Shown here one piece after another: positions 9,020 to 18,447 of a DNA stretch of 56,859 nucleotides (the first letter of the stretch is position 1; each line of letters opens with the position of its first letter). The stretch spans positions 1 through 56,859 of the IMG/VR virus record IMGVR_UViG_3300010371_000042; one strand, given 5' to 3'. The position numbers and the translations under genes are program-made. The notes below the pieces were generated by a model, which searched no databases, had not been told where the DNA came from, and saw nothing but the letters and a program-made list of their open reading frames with translations. This DNA is from a virus. Its lineage: Duplodnaviria; Caudoviricetes.

Positions 9020-9330
9020 ATAGGACGTCGTCTCAAACTTGTGCGGAGCGACGCCCTGTTGCAACGCGAAATCCCCGAGGGAAAGCTGAGATTTTCGGCT
9101 CGTCTGATGGCACCGACGCCCACCGTGATCCCAAGCCGGCCAACGTCGTCCTCTGCTCCGCATGCCGCGGCATCGCCGGAGCGCTCTGCGATCCGGACTG
9201 CCCGTGCCCACTCTGCGGTGGGGCCGATCCGGACCTGCTCGACGCTCCCGCCGGCCCCCTGCACGGAGCGCCTCCGCTTCGCTCCGCGGCGTACGTCGAG
9301 GGGCTCCTGGCCGCGCGGGGTGCGGCGTGA
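9016..9330 (+). CDS. Cys-rich small protein (start uncertain)
   Basis: CSAC..CDPDCPCPLC; stop coupled to next gene. Confidence 0.45.
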   Translation: MNRTSSQTCAERRPVATRNPRGKAEIFGSSDGTDAHRDPKPANVVLCSACRGIAGALCDPDCPCPLCGGADPDLLDAPAGPLHGAPPLRSAAYVEGLLAARGAA

Positions 9331-10370
9331 GCGGCCCGACGTCGATCGAGTGGACCGACGCGACCTGGAACCCGGTGCGCGGGTGCTCGCGCGTCTCGCC
9401 CGGCTGCGAGAACTGCTACGCGGAGAAGATCGCGGCGCGCTTCTCCGACCCGGGCATGTGGGGCCACGGGTATGCCGAGCGGGGGCCGCACGGGGGGCGC
9501 TGGACGCGCCGCGTGTCGTTGCTCGGGCAGGACGCCCTCGAGCTGCCCATGCGGTGGCGCGAGCCCCGGCGCGTCTTCGTCAACTCGACGTCGGATCTCT
9601 TCCACGAGTCGCTGACGAACGAGGACATCGCCCGCGTCTTCGGCGTGGCGGCGGCGTGCCCGCAGCACACGTTCCAGGTGTTGACCAAACGCGCGCGCCG
9701 GATGCGAGAGTGGTTCGAGTGGATCGCGCGGGAAGGACGAAGGGTGCCGGCGCTCGTCGGCGAGCCGATGCCACCTGGTACATCGGGAGAGGCATCGGCT
9801 TGCGTGATGCTCGCCGGATCACCGCTGCTCGGCGCCCGACGCTTCATCGAGACGTGCCAGGCCACGCCGTGGCCGCTCCCGAACGTGTGGATCGGCGTGT
9901 CGGCCGAGGACCAGCGGCGCGCCGACGAGCGGATTCCGGAGCTGCTGCGCGTGCCCGCGGCGGTTCACTTCGTGAGCTATGAGCCAGCGCTGGGCCCGAT
10001 CGCGTTCCGCGAGGAGTGGCTGCACGGCGCGTTCTCGCATTGCCCCGACGAGACGAACGACCCGAGGACGGACGAATGCGCGGGGTGCACGGGCATACCT
10101 GGCAATGGCGACTACTGCGGCGCGGTGCGCAGCCCGCGACTCGATTGGGTGATCGGAGGCTCCGAATCGGGACCCGGCGCTCGCCCGTGCGACCCCGCAT
10201 GGATCCAGGCGGCCGCTCTCCAGTGCGAGCGCACCCGCGTGGCCTTTTTCACGAAGCAGATCGCGACGCCGGAGGGGCGCGCGAACGGCTGCCCGAAGGG
10301 CGGCGACCCGCGGTGGTGGCCCAACGGCTACTGGCCGCGACAGTTCCCGGAGGTGCGCCATGCCCCGTGA
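9327..10370 (+). CDS. DUF5131 / phage Gp37-Gp68 family protein
   Basis: IEWTDATWNPVRGCSRVSPGCENCYA, FVNSTSDLFH, HTFQVLTKR, SYEPALG, DWVIGGSESG. Confidence 0.95.
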   Translation: MSGPTSIEWTDATWNPVRGCSRVSPGCENCYAEKIAARFSDPGMWGHGYAERGPHGGRWTRRVSLLGQDALELPMRWREPRRVFVNSTSDLFHESLTNEDIARVFGVAAACPQHTFQVLTKRARRMREWFEWIAREGRRVPALVGEPMPPGTSGEASACVMLAGSPLLGARRFIETCQATPWPLPNVWIGVSAEDQRRADERIPELLRVPAAVHFVSYEPALGPIAFREEWLHGAFSHCPDETNDPRTDECAGCTGIPGNGDYCGAVRSPRLDWVIGGSESGPGARPCDPAWIQAAALQCERTRVAFFTKQIATPEGRANGCPKGGDPRWWPNGYWPRQFPEVRHAP

Positions 10371-10899
10371 TGAGATCAAGGCCCGAGTGCGAGACAAGCG
10401 CTACCGAGAACAAAGGAAGATCGCCAAATACGGACCCGAAGCCGCTGGCCAAGACATGCGTGGACGGCATGGGAACCACGCGAAGGGAGAACGGAACCCG
10501 CGGTCACGTGGTGGCCGATTTGTCACGTCGCACGGTTACGTCGCCGTTCGCGTTGCGCCGGACCATCCTCACGCTTGGGGAGCCTCGCCCACGTGCCGGT
10601 ATGCCTACGAGCATATCCTCGTCGCGGAGTCCGCGATCGGACGTCCGTTGCTCGACAGCGAGGTCGTTCATCACAAGAACGAAAACAAGACCGACAATCG
10701 CCCCGAGAACCTCGAGGTCCTGACTGCGTCGTCGCACATGCGGGAGCACGCCGACCGTCGTGGGCGCGACGAACTAGGTCGGTTCCCGCCCGCGGACCTC
10801 CGCGTTCGCGAGTGGCCGATCGCCTGCGCCGCGCGCGCCGGCGTCGCATGGACCTTCGGTCTCAAGCCGGACGAGTACCGCCCGGAGGTGCAGACGTGA
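10360..10899 (+). CDS. HNH endonuclease
   Basis: YEHILVAESAIGRPL...VVHHKNENKTDNRPENL HNH_3 pattern. Confidence 0.9.
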   Translation: MPRDEIKARVRDKRYREQRKIAKYGPEAAGQDMRGRHGNHAKGERNPRSRGGRFVTSHGYVAVRVAPDHPHAWGASPTCRYAYEHILVAESAIGRPLLDSEVVHHKNENKTDNRPENLEVLTASSHMREHADRRGRDELGRFPPADLRVREWPIACAARAGVAWTFGLKPDEYRPEVQT

Positions 10900-10944
10900 T
10901 CATCCGGCGCTGCGCCGCCGAAGACCCGTTGGAGGTCGGCTGAC

Positions 10945-11124
10945 ATGCCCACGCCCGTCCAGTCACCCGCCGGACGAAAAAAGCCCGGCGCCGATCGACC
11001 GAACAAGTCTCTCCCGCTCGGCGCCGAGTACCTCGCGAGGCCGAAGACGGGCGAGATCGCGCCGTTCCTGCGCGACCCGGCGCTCCTGCCGCGCAAGCCG
11101 CCGACGCGCACGGGGCGGCCGTGA
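10945..11124 (+). CDS. Small basic Pro-rich protein
   Basis: RBS GGAGG, ATG 10945, stop coupled to MTase start (own translation MPTPVQSPAGRKK...). Confidence 0.5.
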   Translation: MPTPVQSPAGRKKPGADRPNKSLPLGAEYLARPKTGEIAPFLRDPALLPRKPPTRTGRP

Positions 11125-11600
11125 CGAAGCAGGACTACGAGACGCCGCCGGAACTCGTCGAGGCGGTCGAACGCCGGTTCGGTCGCCTGACCGCGGACCT
11201 CGCGTGCACGCCGCGCAACGCCAAGATCTCGGATCCCGATGGCGAGGTGTTCTCGCTCGAGAACGGGACCGACTCTCTCGCGAACCCCTGGCCGACGCTC
11301 GGGCGCCTCTGGCTCAACCCGCCCTACGCGGACATCGCGCCGTGGGCCGCGAAGGCCTCGGCATGGCGCGGGGAGTTCGGCGCGCGGCTGCTGATGCTCA
11401 CGCCCGCGAGCGTCGGCGCCGCGTGGTTCCGCGACCACGTGCACGGGCGCGCGCTCGTCCTCGCGCTCTCGCCGCGGATTCGGTTCGTAGGGTCCAACGG
11501 CACCGATCTCCGCGACTACATCCTGAGCGTTTTCGGGGACGGCCCCGGATTCGACTGCTGGCGTTGGATGACTCCAAAGAAGAAAGGACAGGTTCAATGA
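11121..11600 (+). CDS. Phage N6-adenine DNA methyltransferase (Dam-like)
   Basis: YETP, DLAC...NAK, WLNPPY, RIRF motifs. Confidence 0.9.
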   Translation: MTKQDYETPPELVEAVERRFGRLTADLACTPRNAKISDPDGEVFSLENGTDSLANPWPTLGRLWLNPPYADIAPWAAKASAWRGEFGARLLMLTPASVGAAWFRDHVHGRALVLALSPRIRFVGSNGTDLRDYILSVFGDGPGFDCWRWMTPKKKGQVQ

Positions 11601-11959
11601 ACGACACACCGCAATTGCGCAACTTCGGCCAGGTGCTGCAGTCCCTCGAGGACGGGCAGCTCATCGCCGACCTGACCGACAAGCTGCAGGAGCTGAACGG
11701 GAAGCTCGCCCGTCAGGCCGAGGCCCGCGGCAAGGCGAAGGGCGAGATCGTCCTGAAACTCAAGCTGCTGGCCGACGAGGGTGGGACCGTCCAGATCGAC
11801 GGCGAGATCGTGTGCAAGGAGCCGAAGGCCGCGCGCGCGCGGTCGGTGCTATGGCTCACGAAGGAGAACACCCTCGCGGGGTCGAACCCCAAGCAGATGT
11901 CGCTCCCCGTGCGTGACGTCTCCGCGGGGGTTCCCGCGGCGGCGGTGCGGAGCATATGA
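11597..11959 (+). CDS. YfdP-like partner of DUF2303 protein
   Basis: KGEIVLKLKL...NPKQMSL pattern, directly upstream of DUF2303 gene. Confidence 0.7.
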   Translation: MNDTPQLRNFGQVLQSLEDGQLIADLTDKLQELNGKLARQAEARGKAKGEIVLKLKLLADEGGTVQIDGEIVCKEPKAARARSVLWLTKENTLAGSNPKQMSLPVRDVSAGVPAAAVRSI

Positions 11960-11990
11960 AGAAGACGACGAAAGGCAAGAAGGAAACGCC

Positions 11991-12905
11991 ATGTCCCACG
12001 AACACGTCACGATCAATCACGCCGCGGAGGCCTCCGCCGTCGCGGAAATCGTTCGTCGCAGCATCGAGCCGCGCGTCGTCAAGGTGGACGATGGCACGGG
12101 CGCAAGGGAGATCCTGCTCACGCCTCCGGGCATGACGCCGACGAGCGCGAGGTCGCTGCTCGCCGAGTATCGGACCGCGCCTGAGCGCCGCAAGGGGCTC
12201 GCCACCCTCACGGATCTCGGCTCGTTCATCGAGCACACGAAGCGCTTCTCGGACTCCGATTCCGCCGTCTTCGTCGATCGCTCGAGCGACGCTCCGAAGC
12301 TGCTGGCCGTCATCGACTACCACCGCGCCGGCGCAGAGGGCGCGCCGCGATTCGGCCAGCACCGCGGTCTTTACGCCTTCCCGCTCTCCGACGAGTGGAA
12401 GGCGTGGACGTCACAGGGCGGCGCGCCGATGTCGCAGGAGGAGTTCGCGCGCTTCCTCGAGGACCACCTCGCGGATGTCGCTGAGCCCTCGACGGCCGGC
12501 GAGACGGCAAAGGACTTCGTCGCTCGGCTCTCGTGCGGGTTCGCGACGCCGGTCGCTCTCCTCGGCCTCTCCCGCGGCCTCGAGATCCGCGTGGGCCAGC
12601 GCATCAAGCAGGCGACGAAGCTCGAGAGCGGCGAGTCGAGCTTCGCGTTCGAGGAGCACCACACCGACGGCGCGGGCGCGCCGCTGAAGGTCCCCGCGGC
12701 CTTTCTGCTCGTCCTCCCCGTCTTCCGCAACGGCGCGCCGTACCAGATCGCGACGCGGCTGCGGTACCGGGTGAACGGGGGCGCCGTGTCGTGGTCGTTC
12801 GAGATGCACCGCGTCCAGGCGATCCTCGATCACGCGATCCGCGAGGCTACGGAGCGCGTCGCCAAGGAGACGGGGCTCCCGGTCTTCGAGGGGACCCCGG
12901 AGTGA
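11991..12905 (+). CDS. DUF2303 (YfdQ-like) protein
   Basis: AVIDYH, SDEWKAW, MSQEEFARFLED, RLRYR, PVFEGTP. Confidence 0.9.
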   Translation: MSHEHVTINHAAEASAVAEIVRRSIEPRVVKVDDGTGAREILLTPPGMTPTSARSLLAEYRTAPERRKGLATLTDLGSFIEHTKRFSDSDSAVFVDRSSDAPKLLAVIDYHRAGAEGAPRFGQHRGLYAFPLSDEWKAWTSQGGAPMSQEEFARFLEDHLADVAEPSTAGETAKDFVARLSCGFATPVALLGLSRGLEIRVGQRIKQATKLESGESSFAFEEHHTDGAGAPLKVPAAFLLVLPVFRNGAPYQIATRLRYRVNGGAVSWSFEMHRVQAILDHAIREATERVAKETGLPVFEGTPE

Positions 12906-13033
12906 CGGATGTGGCCTTCCTCGTGTCTGGAAGGCCCGTCTGGAAGGTCGCCGCGCCCTTGGCGGCGCCCTCCCGGGCGAGGTGTGCGCGCGTCCGTGCA
13001 GCAGTTGTTCAGTCGTCGACGGAGTCCTGACCG

Positions 13034-13939
13034 ATGATCTTTGCGAAGATCGATGTGACCCTACCGCGCCACCACCGCTTCCTTCGCGTCCCGAAGAAGG
13101 ACCGCGCGGCGACCTTCGGCGTGTGGGCGATGGCGCTCTGCTACACGCGGCAGCACGAGCTCGACGGCTTCTGCCCGATCGAGGAGATCGAATCGGTCGC
13201 GAGCGACGCCGTGCTCGCCCGGCTCGAGGAAGTGGGCCTGGTCGCCAGAGAGGAACAGGAGGGTGTGCATGGGATCCGCATCCTTCGGTACGCCGAGCAC
13301 AACGAGACGAAGGCCGCCATCGCTGGCCGACTGGAATACGATCGGAATCGTAAGAAAGGTCTGAAGAGGAATCCAGGCGGAGGGTCCGATCCTACTCCAA
13401 ACGGAGTACCATCGGATTCCGATCGGAATCCGTCGCCGGAGGCTGGCGGATTCCCTGACTCTGACTCTGGTTCTGACTCTGACTCTGGATCTGCAGCGAG
13501 AGATCCTGGCGACCTACCAGTCAGCGCAGCGCCGTCCGTCGCACCGTCGCCGCCGCCCTCAACCCCCGCACCACGCTCGGTCGCGAACGCCCTCGACGAC
13601 GGCTGCGAGGGCTCGGCGCTCGAAGCTTGGTGCGCCGGCGTGCGTGAGGCGACGTCGCGGCCATTCTCGGTCCCGTGGGGCCAACCGACGGTCATCGTCG
13701 TTCGGGCGCTCGTGGAACACTGCCCGGACGCCGGCAAGCGCGCCGAGTGGGCGCGGGAGCGCGGTCGAACTTGGGCATCGCAGCGGCTCGCCGAGGGCGC
13801 GGTGCTTTCGCCATTCAGCTTCCGTGACTGGCTGAATTCGGGCGCCCCGGCGCCGCGGGGGCGCGGTCGACGCGGTGGCGCGGAGGTGCAGCCTGTCGCC
13901 GCGACTGGACGCTCGTGGACCGTGGGAGACGGCACGTGA
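13034..13939 (+). CDS. Replication initiator protein
   Basis: N-terminal wHTH-like region (FAKID..HHRF..W..DGF), DSDSGSDSDS linker, FRDWLN C-terminal motif; upstream of DnaC-like gene. Confidence 0.8.
   Translation: MIFAKIDVTLPRHHRFLRVPKKDRAATFGVWAMALCYTRQHELDGFCPIEEIESVASDAVLARLEEVGLVAREEQEGVHGIRILRYAEHNETKAAIAGRLEYDRNRKKGLKRNPGGGSDPTPNGVPSDSDRNPSPEAGGFPDSDSGSDSDSGSAARDPGDLPVSAAPSVAPSPPPSTPAPRSVANALDDGCEGSALEAWCAGVREATSRPFSVPWGQPTVIVVRALVEHCPDAGKRAEWARERGRTWASQRLAEGAVLSPFSFRDWLNSGAPAPRGRGRRGGAEVQPVAATGRSWTVGDGT
13333..13495. repeat. Candidate replication origin: GGAATC/GGATTC repeats, 20-bp palindrome, GACTCT repeats
   Basis: Perfect palindrome CGGATTCCGATCGGAATCCG at 13413-13432; several GGA(A/T)T(C/A) copies; lower GC; inside initiator gene as in lambdoid phages. 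Confidence 0.6.
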
Positions 13940-14700
13940 GCGCCCCGTTCTGCCATCGGTGCGAGCGGCACCACGAGGGCGACTGCCCGCCGGAGATCCC
14001 GCCGCGACCCGCCTCCGAGCCCACGCCGTCTCCGGAGACGCTCGAACAGATGCTCGGCCGCATCCGCCCCGCCTTCCGCCCGTGCTCCCGCTGCAGTGAG
14101 CCGACGAGCGGCGGGGGCGAGCCCCTCGTGTGCTGGGACTGCCGCGAGCGGGAGGAGCGCGCGGCGCGAGCTCGCGAACTGCTCGAGGGCGTGGTGCCCC
14201 CGGAGTTCGCATGGGCGTCGTTCGGCTCCCCCCTGCTCGCCCAGCGGTGCCGATTCGATCAGGGCGTGATCGGGCGCGCGCGCGAAGCCGTTGGCTCGCG
14301 CCGCGTGGTGCTCGTCGGCGAGTCCGGCGTGGGAAAGACCTCGCTCGCCGTCGCGATGCTCCGCGCCTGGGTCGAGAAGCGCGGCGCCCCGGCGCACTTC
14401 GCGCTCGCCACGGACCTCGCCTCGGCGCGCGCGCGGGCCCCGTTCGGGCGCGAGTCGACGGAGGTGAGCGACGCGATCTTTGCGCCGCTGCTCGTGCTCG
14501 ATGACCTCGGGAACGACCAGGACGTGCCTCGCAGCGCGGTCACGGAGGTGATCTTCAAGCGCCACGCCGAGCAGCGCCCGATCTGGGTAACGACGTGGAT
14601 GGGCCCCGAGCGGATGGCGGAGCGCTATGGCGACGGCGTCGCTCGGCGCATGTACGAAGGCGCGCGCGTCCTCGAGTGCAAGCCGCGGGGGTCGACATGA
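13936..14700 (+). CDS. DnaC/IstB-like helicase loader ATPase
   Basis: CxxC pairs, Walker A GESGVGKT, Walker B LLVLDDLG, YGDGVARR. Confidence 0.9.
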   Translation: MSAPFCHRCERHHEGDCPPEIPPRPASEPTPSPETLEQMLGRIRPAFRPCSRCSEPTSGGGEPLVCWDCREREERAARARELLEGVVPPEFAWASFGSPLLAQRCRFDQGVIGRAREAVGSRRVVLVGESGVGKTSLAVAMLRAWVEKRGAPAHFALATDLASARARAPFGRESTEVSDAIFAPLLVLDDLGNDQDVPRSAVTEVIFKRHAEQRPIWVTTWMGPERMAERYGDGVARRMYEGARVLECKPRGST

Positions 14701-14812
14701 TCCGTGGGCTGACGAAGGCGCCTGACCGCATCGTGTTCGCGTGGCTCATCGGCCTGAGCTTCCGCCTCTGGCCCATGACGTTCCCCCACGTCGCGCGGGC
14801 GCGAAGATGGTC

Positions 14813-15181
14813 ATGAAGGCCGCGGTGTTCGTCCCCGGCGACTTCCCCAGCGTCGCGAACCGGCGCGAGCACTGGGCGGCTCGGCATCGGCGCGCGAAGC
14901 GGCACCGCGCGGACGCGGCGGCATACGTGCGCTGCGCAATCGGCGCCGAAAGCGAGGGCGTCAAGTTGGCGCTTCCCCTTACGGTGGTCCTCACGCGATG
15001 GGGCATCCGGACGCTCGACACGGACAACCTCGCGTCAGCGCTGAAGGCGCTGCGCGACGGCGTCGCGGACGCCCTGGGCGTGGACGACGGCGACTTGGGG
15101 GTGCAGTGGCTCTATCAGCAGGCGCGCGGGACCGGCGGCGTCCACGTGCTCATCACCGATGCCGCCGAGGAGGAGGGTTGA
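14813..15181 (+). CDS. RusA-like Holliday junction resolvase
   Basis: PSVAN, LDTDNLASALKALRDGVADALGVDD. Confidence 0.8.
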   Translation: MKAAVFVPGDFPSVANRREHWAARHRRAKRHRADAAAYVRCAIGAESEGVKLALPLTVVLTRWGIRTLDTDNLASALKALRDGVADALGVDDGDLGVQWLYQQARGTGGVHVLITDAAEEEG

Positions 15182-15184
15182 GGC

Positions 15185-15817
15185 ATGTTTTCGCTCATCT
15201 CTGGATACGATCCGACAGCGTCCTCCCGGGACAAGGCCGCGCGCGGGCAACGGCACATCATGACCAAGGAGGAGAAGCGGCGGATGTGGGGCTTCGCGCC
15301 GCGCGTGCGCGTCGACTTCGATCGCGCCGCGGCGTACGGGAAGCTCCGATGGCTGCGCGACATCGATGGTGAAAAGCGGCGCGCCGTATTCGTCTGCGCG
15401 TGCGGCGCAGAGCGGCCGGCCGACATCCGGTGCGTGGTGCGCGGCATCTACACGTCGTGCATCGCATGCGCGCGGGTGGAGAGGAATGCGTCGGTCGATG
15501 CCAGCGAACCGCTACGCAAGCATGACGGGAGCGAGGCTATGAAGAATGCCAGCGTGGCGCTACGCAAGCATGCTCCGAACGATGCGAGCAAAGCGCTACG
15601 CAAGCATCGCGTGCCGCGCATCCCGAAGTCGGTTCGGGAGGCCATGGCGTTCCTCGGTCGCCTCGGCGGCAAGGCGCGGGCGGCGAACATGTCGGCGCGC
15701 AAGCGCTTGCTGGCTGCTCGAGCAGCGGCCGAGGCGCGTGCGACGTCGATGTCAAAGAGGCGCCGGTCGGAGATCGCGCGCGCGGCGGCGCGGGCGCGGT
15801 GGAGCGAGGCCGCCTGA
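15185..15817 (+). CDS. Basic protein with Cys module, LRKH repeats and GGKARA...RSEIAR...RW tail
   Basis: CACG...SCIAC; three AS..LRKH repeats; basic C-terminal motif. Confidence 0.65.
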   Translation: MFSLISGYDPTASSRDKAARGQRHIMTKEEKRRMWGFAPRVRVDFDRAAAYGKLRWLRDIDGEKRRAVFVCACGAERPADIRCVVRGIYTSCIACARVERNASVDASEPLRKHDGSEAMKNASVALRKHAPNDASKALRKHRVPRIPKSVREAMAFLGRLGGKARAANMSARKRLLAARAAAEARATSMSKRRRSEIARAAARARWSEAA

Positions 15818-15825
15818 AGGGCCGT

Positions 15826-15960
15826 CTATTCGCTCGCGATCGGGGCTGGCTCTGGCTCGACGGGGCGCACGTTGCGGGGCCCGACACCGACGGCGAACCA
15901 CATCGCCAGCGTCAGCTCGATCGCGATCACAAGGGGGATGCTTCGCAGGGTCCAGTTCAT
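15826..15960 (-). CDS. 44-aa single-pass membrane protein
   Basis: Own translation MNWTLRSIPLVIAIELTLAMWFAVGVG...; RBS GAAAGG. Confidence 0.5.
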   Translation of the reverse strand: MNWTLRSIPLVIAIELTLAMWFAVGVGPRNVRPVEPEPAPIASE

Positions 15961-16008
15961 CGGATTTGCCTTTCGGATTTCAGGGTGAAATGGGCGGCCC
16001 CGGATTCG

Positions 16009-16206
16009 TCAGCCGGCGAGGCGGAAGTGCTTCCCGGCCTTCGGGGCCAACTCGATGTCGCTCCTGGTGCGACGACGATCCAGGGCCGCGACCGTGACGG
16101 CGCACGCGGGCGCGTCGTCGTCCGCCAAGTCATCGCCCGCGAATCGTTCGACCTCCCCAGGCGTCAGGTCGTGAAGCGCGGACGGCGCGTAGACGGACAG
16201 CTTCAC
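16009..16206 (-). CDS. Hypothetical protein
   Basis: GTGA coupling to upstream ORF. Confidence 0.5.
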   Translation of the reverse strand: MKLSVYAPSALHDLTPGEVERFAGDDLADDDAPACAVTVAALDRRRTRSDIELAPKAGKHFRLAG

Positions 16207-16394
16207 GGGGCCACCCGTTCCAGCGCGCGCGTCACGCCGGGCCCCAAAGGCTCGAAGCCGCGCCAGGCGTAGACGGCGCCGTGCACCTTGGCGCGCGCCT
16301 CTTCGGCGCTTCGGGCCCACGCGTTGAAGCGCAGACCGGAGGACGTGATTACGGTCCAAAAGCGGTAGAGCGGCGGGGGTCGACTCGGGAACAT
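16203..16394 (-). CDS. Hypothetical protein
   Basis: RBS GAGAGG, ATG 16394; ARSAEEARAK pattern common in small phage proteins. Confidence 0.55.
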   Translation of the reverse strand: MFPSRPPPLYRFWTVITSSGLRFNAWARSAEEARAKVHGAVYAWRGFEPLGPGVTRALERVAP

Positions 16395-16567
16395 GGGAGA
16401 GCCTCTCGCCGGCGCGTGATGGCGCCGGAGCGGCCCTCGCACCTCGTGGCCCAGAGGTATGGCCACGCGACTGCGCCGCCCGCACCATGCGGGGGCGCCA
16501 TCGTTCGGTGCGGAGGCCGCGCCGGCGGGCGAGCGAGCTCGGGCTCGCCTTCGGCGGGGCGCGGGCG

Positions 16568-16918
16568 TCAACGGCGCGGGAGACCGTTGCGCCAGTCGGC
16601 GCGATCGGAGTTCAGCACGTCCACGTGGATCGTGGCCTTCGGCCCGACGACTGCGCGGATCGCGGATCGCAGCGCGCGCGCGACTTGATCAGCGGTCGAC
16701 GGCGGGTGGTAGTAGGGCGACGCGAGGCCCATCGCGAACTTCGCGAGCACGCCCACACCGTCCGGCGGCGCTCCCACGCTCGCGCGCGGCGACTCGTACG
16801 TCCAGCCGGCGGCGTGGAGGCTCGCGGTGTTCACGACATCCGCCATTGCAGCAATGACCTGCTCGACCGTCGCGCTCGTGTCGCACACGAAGACGTCGCA
16901 CACGTAGTCCGTGGACAT
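16568..16918 (-). CDS. Hypothetical protein
   Basis: RBS AAAGGA, globular composition. Confidence 0.65.
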   Translation of the reverse strand: MSTDYVCDVFVCDTSATVEQVIAAMADVVNTASLHAAGWTYESPRASVGAPPDGVGVLAKFAMGLASPYYHPPSTADQVARALRSAIRAVVGPKATIHVDVLNSDRADWRNGLPRR

Positions 16919-17002
16919 GACCTGTCCGTCCTTTCGTCGGCCGCTCGAATCGAGCGCCGCCCGCCGCGTCCCATCGCCGGGGCGCGGCAAGCGACACGCG
17001 AG

Positions 17003-17170
17003 TCACACGATCGCGATGCCGCGCCGTTGCGCTTCCGCGCGCGCGGCGCGCAGCCGATCGCCCTCGCAGCAGAGCCACCAGCGATGGGCCATCCTTCGCA
17101 GTGCCGCATCATCGATGCGGGCGCAGTAGGCCGCATCGCCCTCGTATAGACCCTGGAGTTCGGAGTTCAT
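17003..17170 (-). CDS. 55-aa hypothetical protein
   Basis: ATGA coupling, RBS GGAGG (own translation MNSELQGLYEG...). Confidence 0.5.
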   Translation of the reverse strand: MNSELQGLYEGDAAYCARIDDAALRRMAHRWWLCCEGDRLRAARAEAQRRGIAIV

Positions 17171-17889
17171 GCGGCCTCCGAACGGACGTAGATGCGCGTG
17201 TGCTCCTCGTCCGGAGGGAGCATGGGGCCCGACTCGCGCGGCATCGCGGCCGGGAGCGAGACCACGCGGCCCCCGGCGCGCACGATCTCAGCGTGCTTGG
17301 TGCTCGCAAGCCTCGACGCGTTGAGGCGGTAGCCTCGCGCGCCGCCGCACCGAATCTCGAGGGCCGCGTGCGCGCCCGCGATCCGCACGTCGCACGTCCA
17401 GCCATCCTCCGGGGTGACCTTCGCGGCGTCTCGCACCGTCGCGACGCTCACAAACACGTCGCGATCCGCAAACGTGACCGCGATCGTCGCGGTCCGCGGG
17501 AGGGCCCGCGCGAGCTCCACGAGGGCCGCCGGGTCGACGCTCCAGGTGTGCGCGTCCAGGCGCACCGCGCCCGACGCGAGCCACGCCGCCGCGTCGTCTG
17601 CCTCGCTCGACTCCGCGGCGCGCCGGGCGTCGCGCACGCGCTCCCGCGTCGCCTTCGACGTCACGAGGTCGAGGAACGCGCGGGGCAGCCCATCGCGGCT
17701 GTAGCAGAGATAGATATCGCGCACGACCAGCGGGTCTACCGCCAGGCACTCTGCCAGCGCGTCCACGTGCCGGATCATCCACTTGTACATCGCCTCGCCC
17801 GCGCCCGCGTCGCCGCTTTCGGCGTCGTCGACGGCTTGCGCCGCGATCCGCTGCACCTTGGCGAGGGCCAGGACCACGGGGGCGATCAC
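17167..17889 (-). CDS. Hypothetical protein
   Basis: RBS GGAGG, GTGA coupling. Confidence 0.65.
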   Translation of the reverse strand: MIAPVVLALAKVQRIAAQAVDDAESGDAGAGEAMYKWMIRHVDALAECLAVDPLVVRDIYLCYSRDGLPRAFLDLVTSKATRERVRDARRAAESSEADDAAAWLASGAVRLDAHTWSVDPAALVELARALPRTATIAVTFADRDVFVSVATVRDAAKVTPEDGWTCDVRIAGAHAALEIRCGGARGYRLNASRLASTKHAEIVRAGGRVVSLPAAMPRESGPMLPPDEEHTRIYVRSEAA

Positions 17890-18296
17890 GAGGCACCTCC
17901 CGTCGCATCCTCGATGCCCCAGGGCGCCGCATCGTAGCCCGGCAGCATGTGCACGAGGCTCGCGTAGATCGCCTCGCACGCCGCGCGAGCTTGGCTCTCC
18001 TGCCAGGCCTCGCGCTCGCACGCCTGGTATTCGTAGCAGTCGATCGACTTGACCAGCGCGATGGTCGGGAGCGAGCGGACGGTCTGCGACGGCATGTAGG
18101 CGTAGGCCGCGAGCGACTCTTTGTTGATCGGATCGCGGTAGCGCGCGGCGAGCGATGCCATGTTCTCGCGCCAGAGCATCCGCCCGAAGTCGGAATCGCT
18201 CATGTCGAGGAACACGTGGCCGTGACGTCGATTGACGATGTTGCGAGCCCAAACCAACGCGTCGATATGGGTTTTCGATACGAGAAAGGCGCTCAT
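17886..18296 (-). CDS. Conserved-looking mobile-element hypothetical protein
   Basis: MSAFLVSKTHIDAL...ENMASLAARY...CYEYQACE...W pattern; RBS GGAGG. Confidence 0.8.
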   Translation of the reverse strand: MSAFLVSKTHIDALVWARNIVNRRHGHVFLDMSDSDFGRMLWRENMASLAARYRDPINKESLAAYAYMPSQTVRSLPTIALVKSIDCYEYQACEREAWQESQARAACEAIYASLVHMLPGYDAAPWGIEDATGGAS

Positions 18297-18325
18297 GGTG
18301 TCGTGACCTCCGCTGGGACGTATCT

Positions 18326-18358
18326 GCTAACCGCGTGCCATATGCGAACTATGTTCGC
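18326..18358 (-). promoter_or_regulatory. sigma54-type promoter with adjacent palindromic operator
   Basis: Minus strand TGGCACGCGGTTAGC (GG-N10-GC, 18340-18326); GCGAAC-TAT-GTTCGC at 18344-18358. Confidence 0.65.
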
Positions 18359-18447
18359 TATGCTCGCAAGAGAGCGGAAGTGGGACCGGCGGACCTTCAG
18401 GCGTGGGTGGAACGTGATCCACTCCGGATCGCATCCGATCCAACATT

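Noticed and set aside
12902-13030. Short ORF with GTCTGGAAGG repeat and GGCCTTCC/GGAAGGCC hairpin
   Set aside because: Cannot distinguish coding from regulatory; evidence too thin
15498-15608. Possible mini CRISPR array
   Set aside because: Repeats only ~13-14 bp, irregular 36-48 bp period, in frame within a coding sequence, no cas genes
18344-18358. LexA Cheo box (CGAAC-N4-GTTCG)
   Set aside because: Spacing is N3 in all three copies, so a local regulator is more plausible
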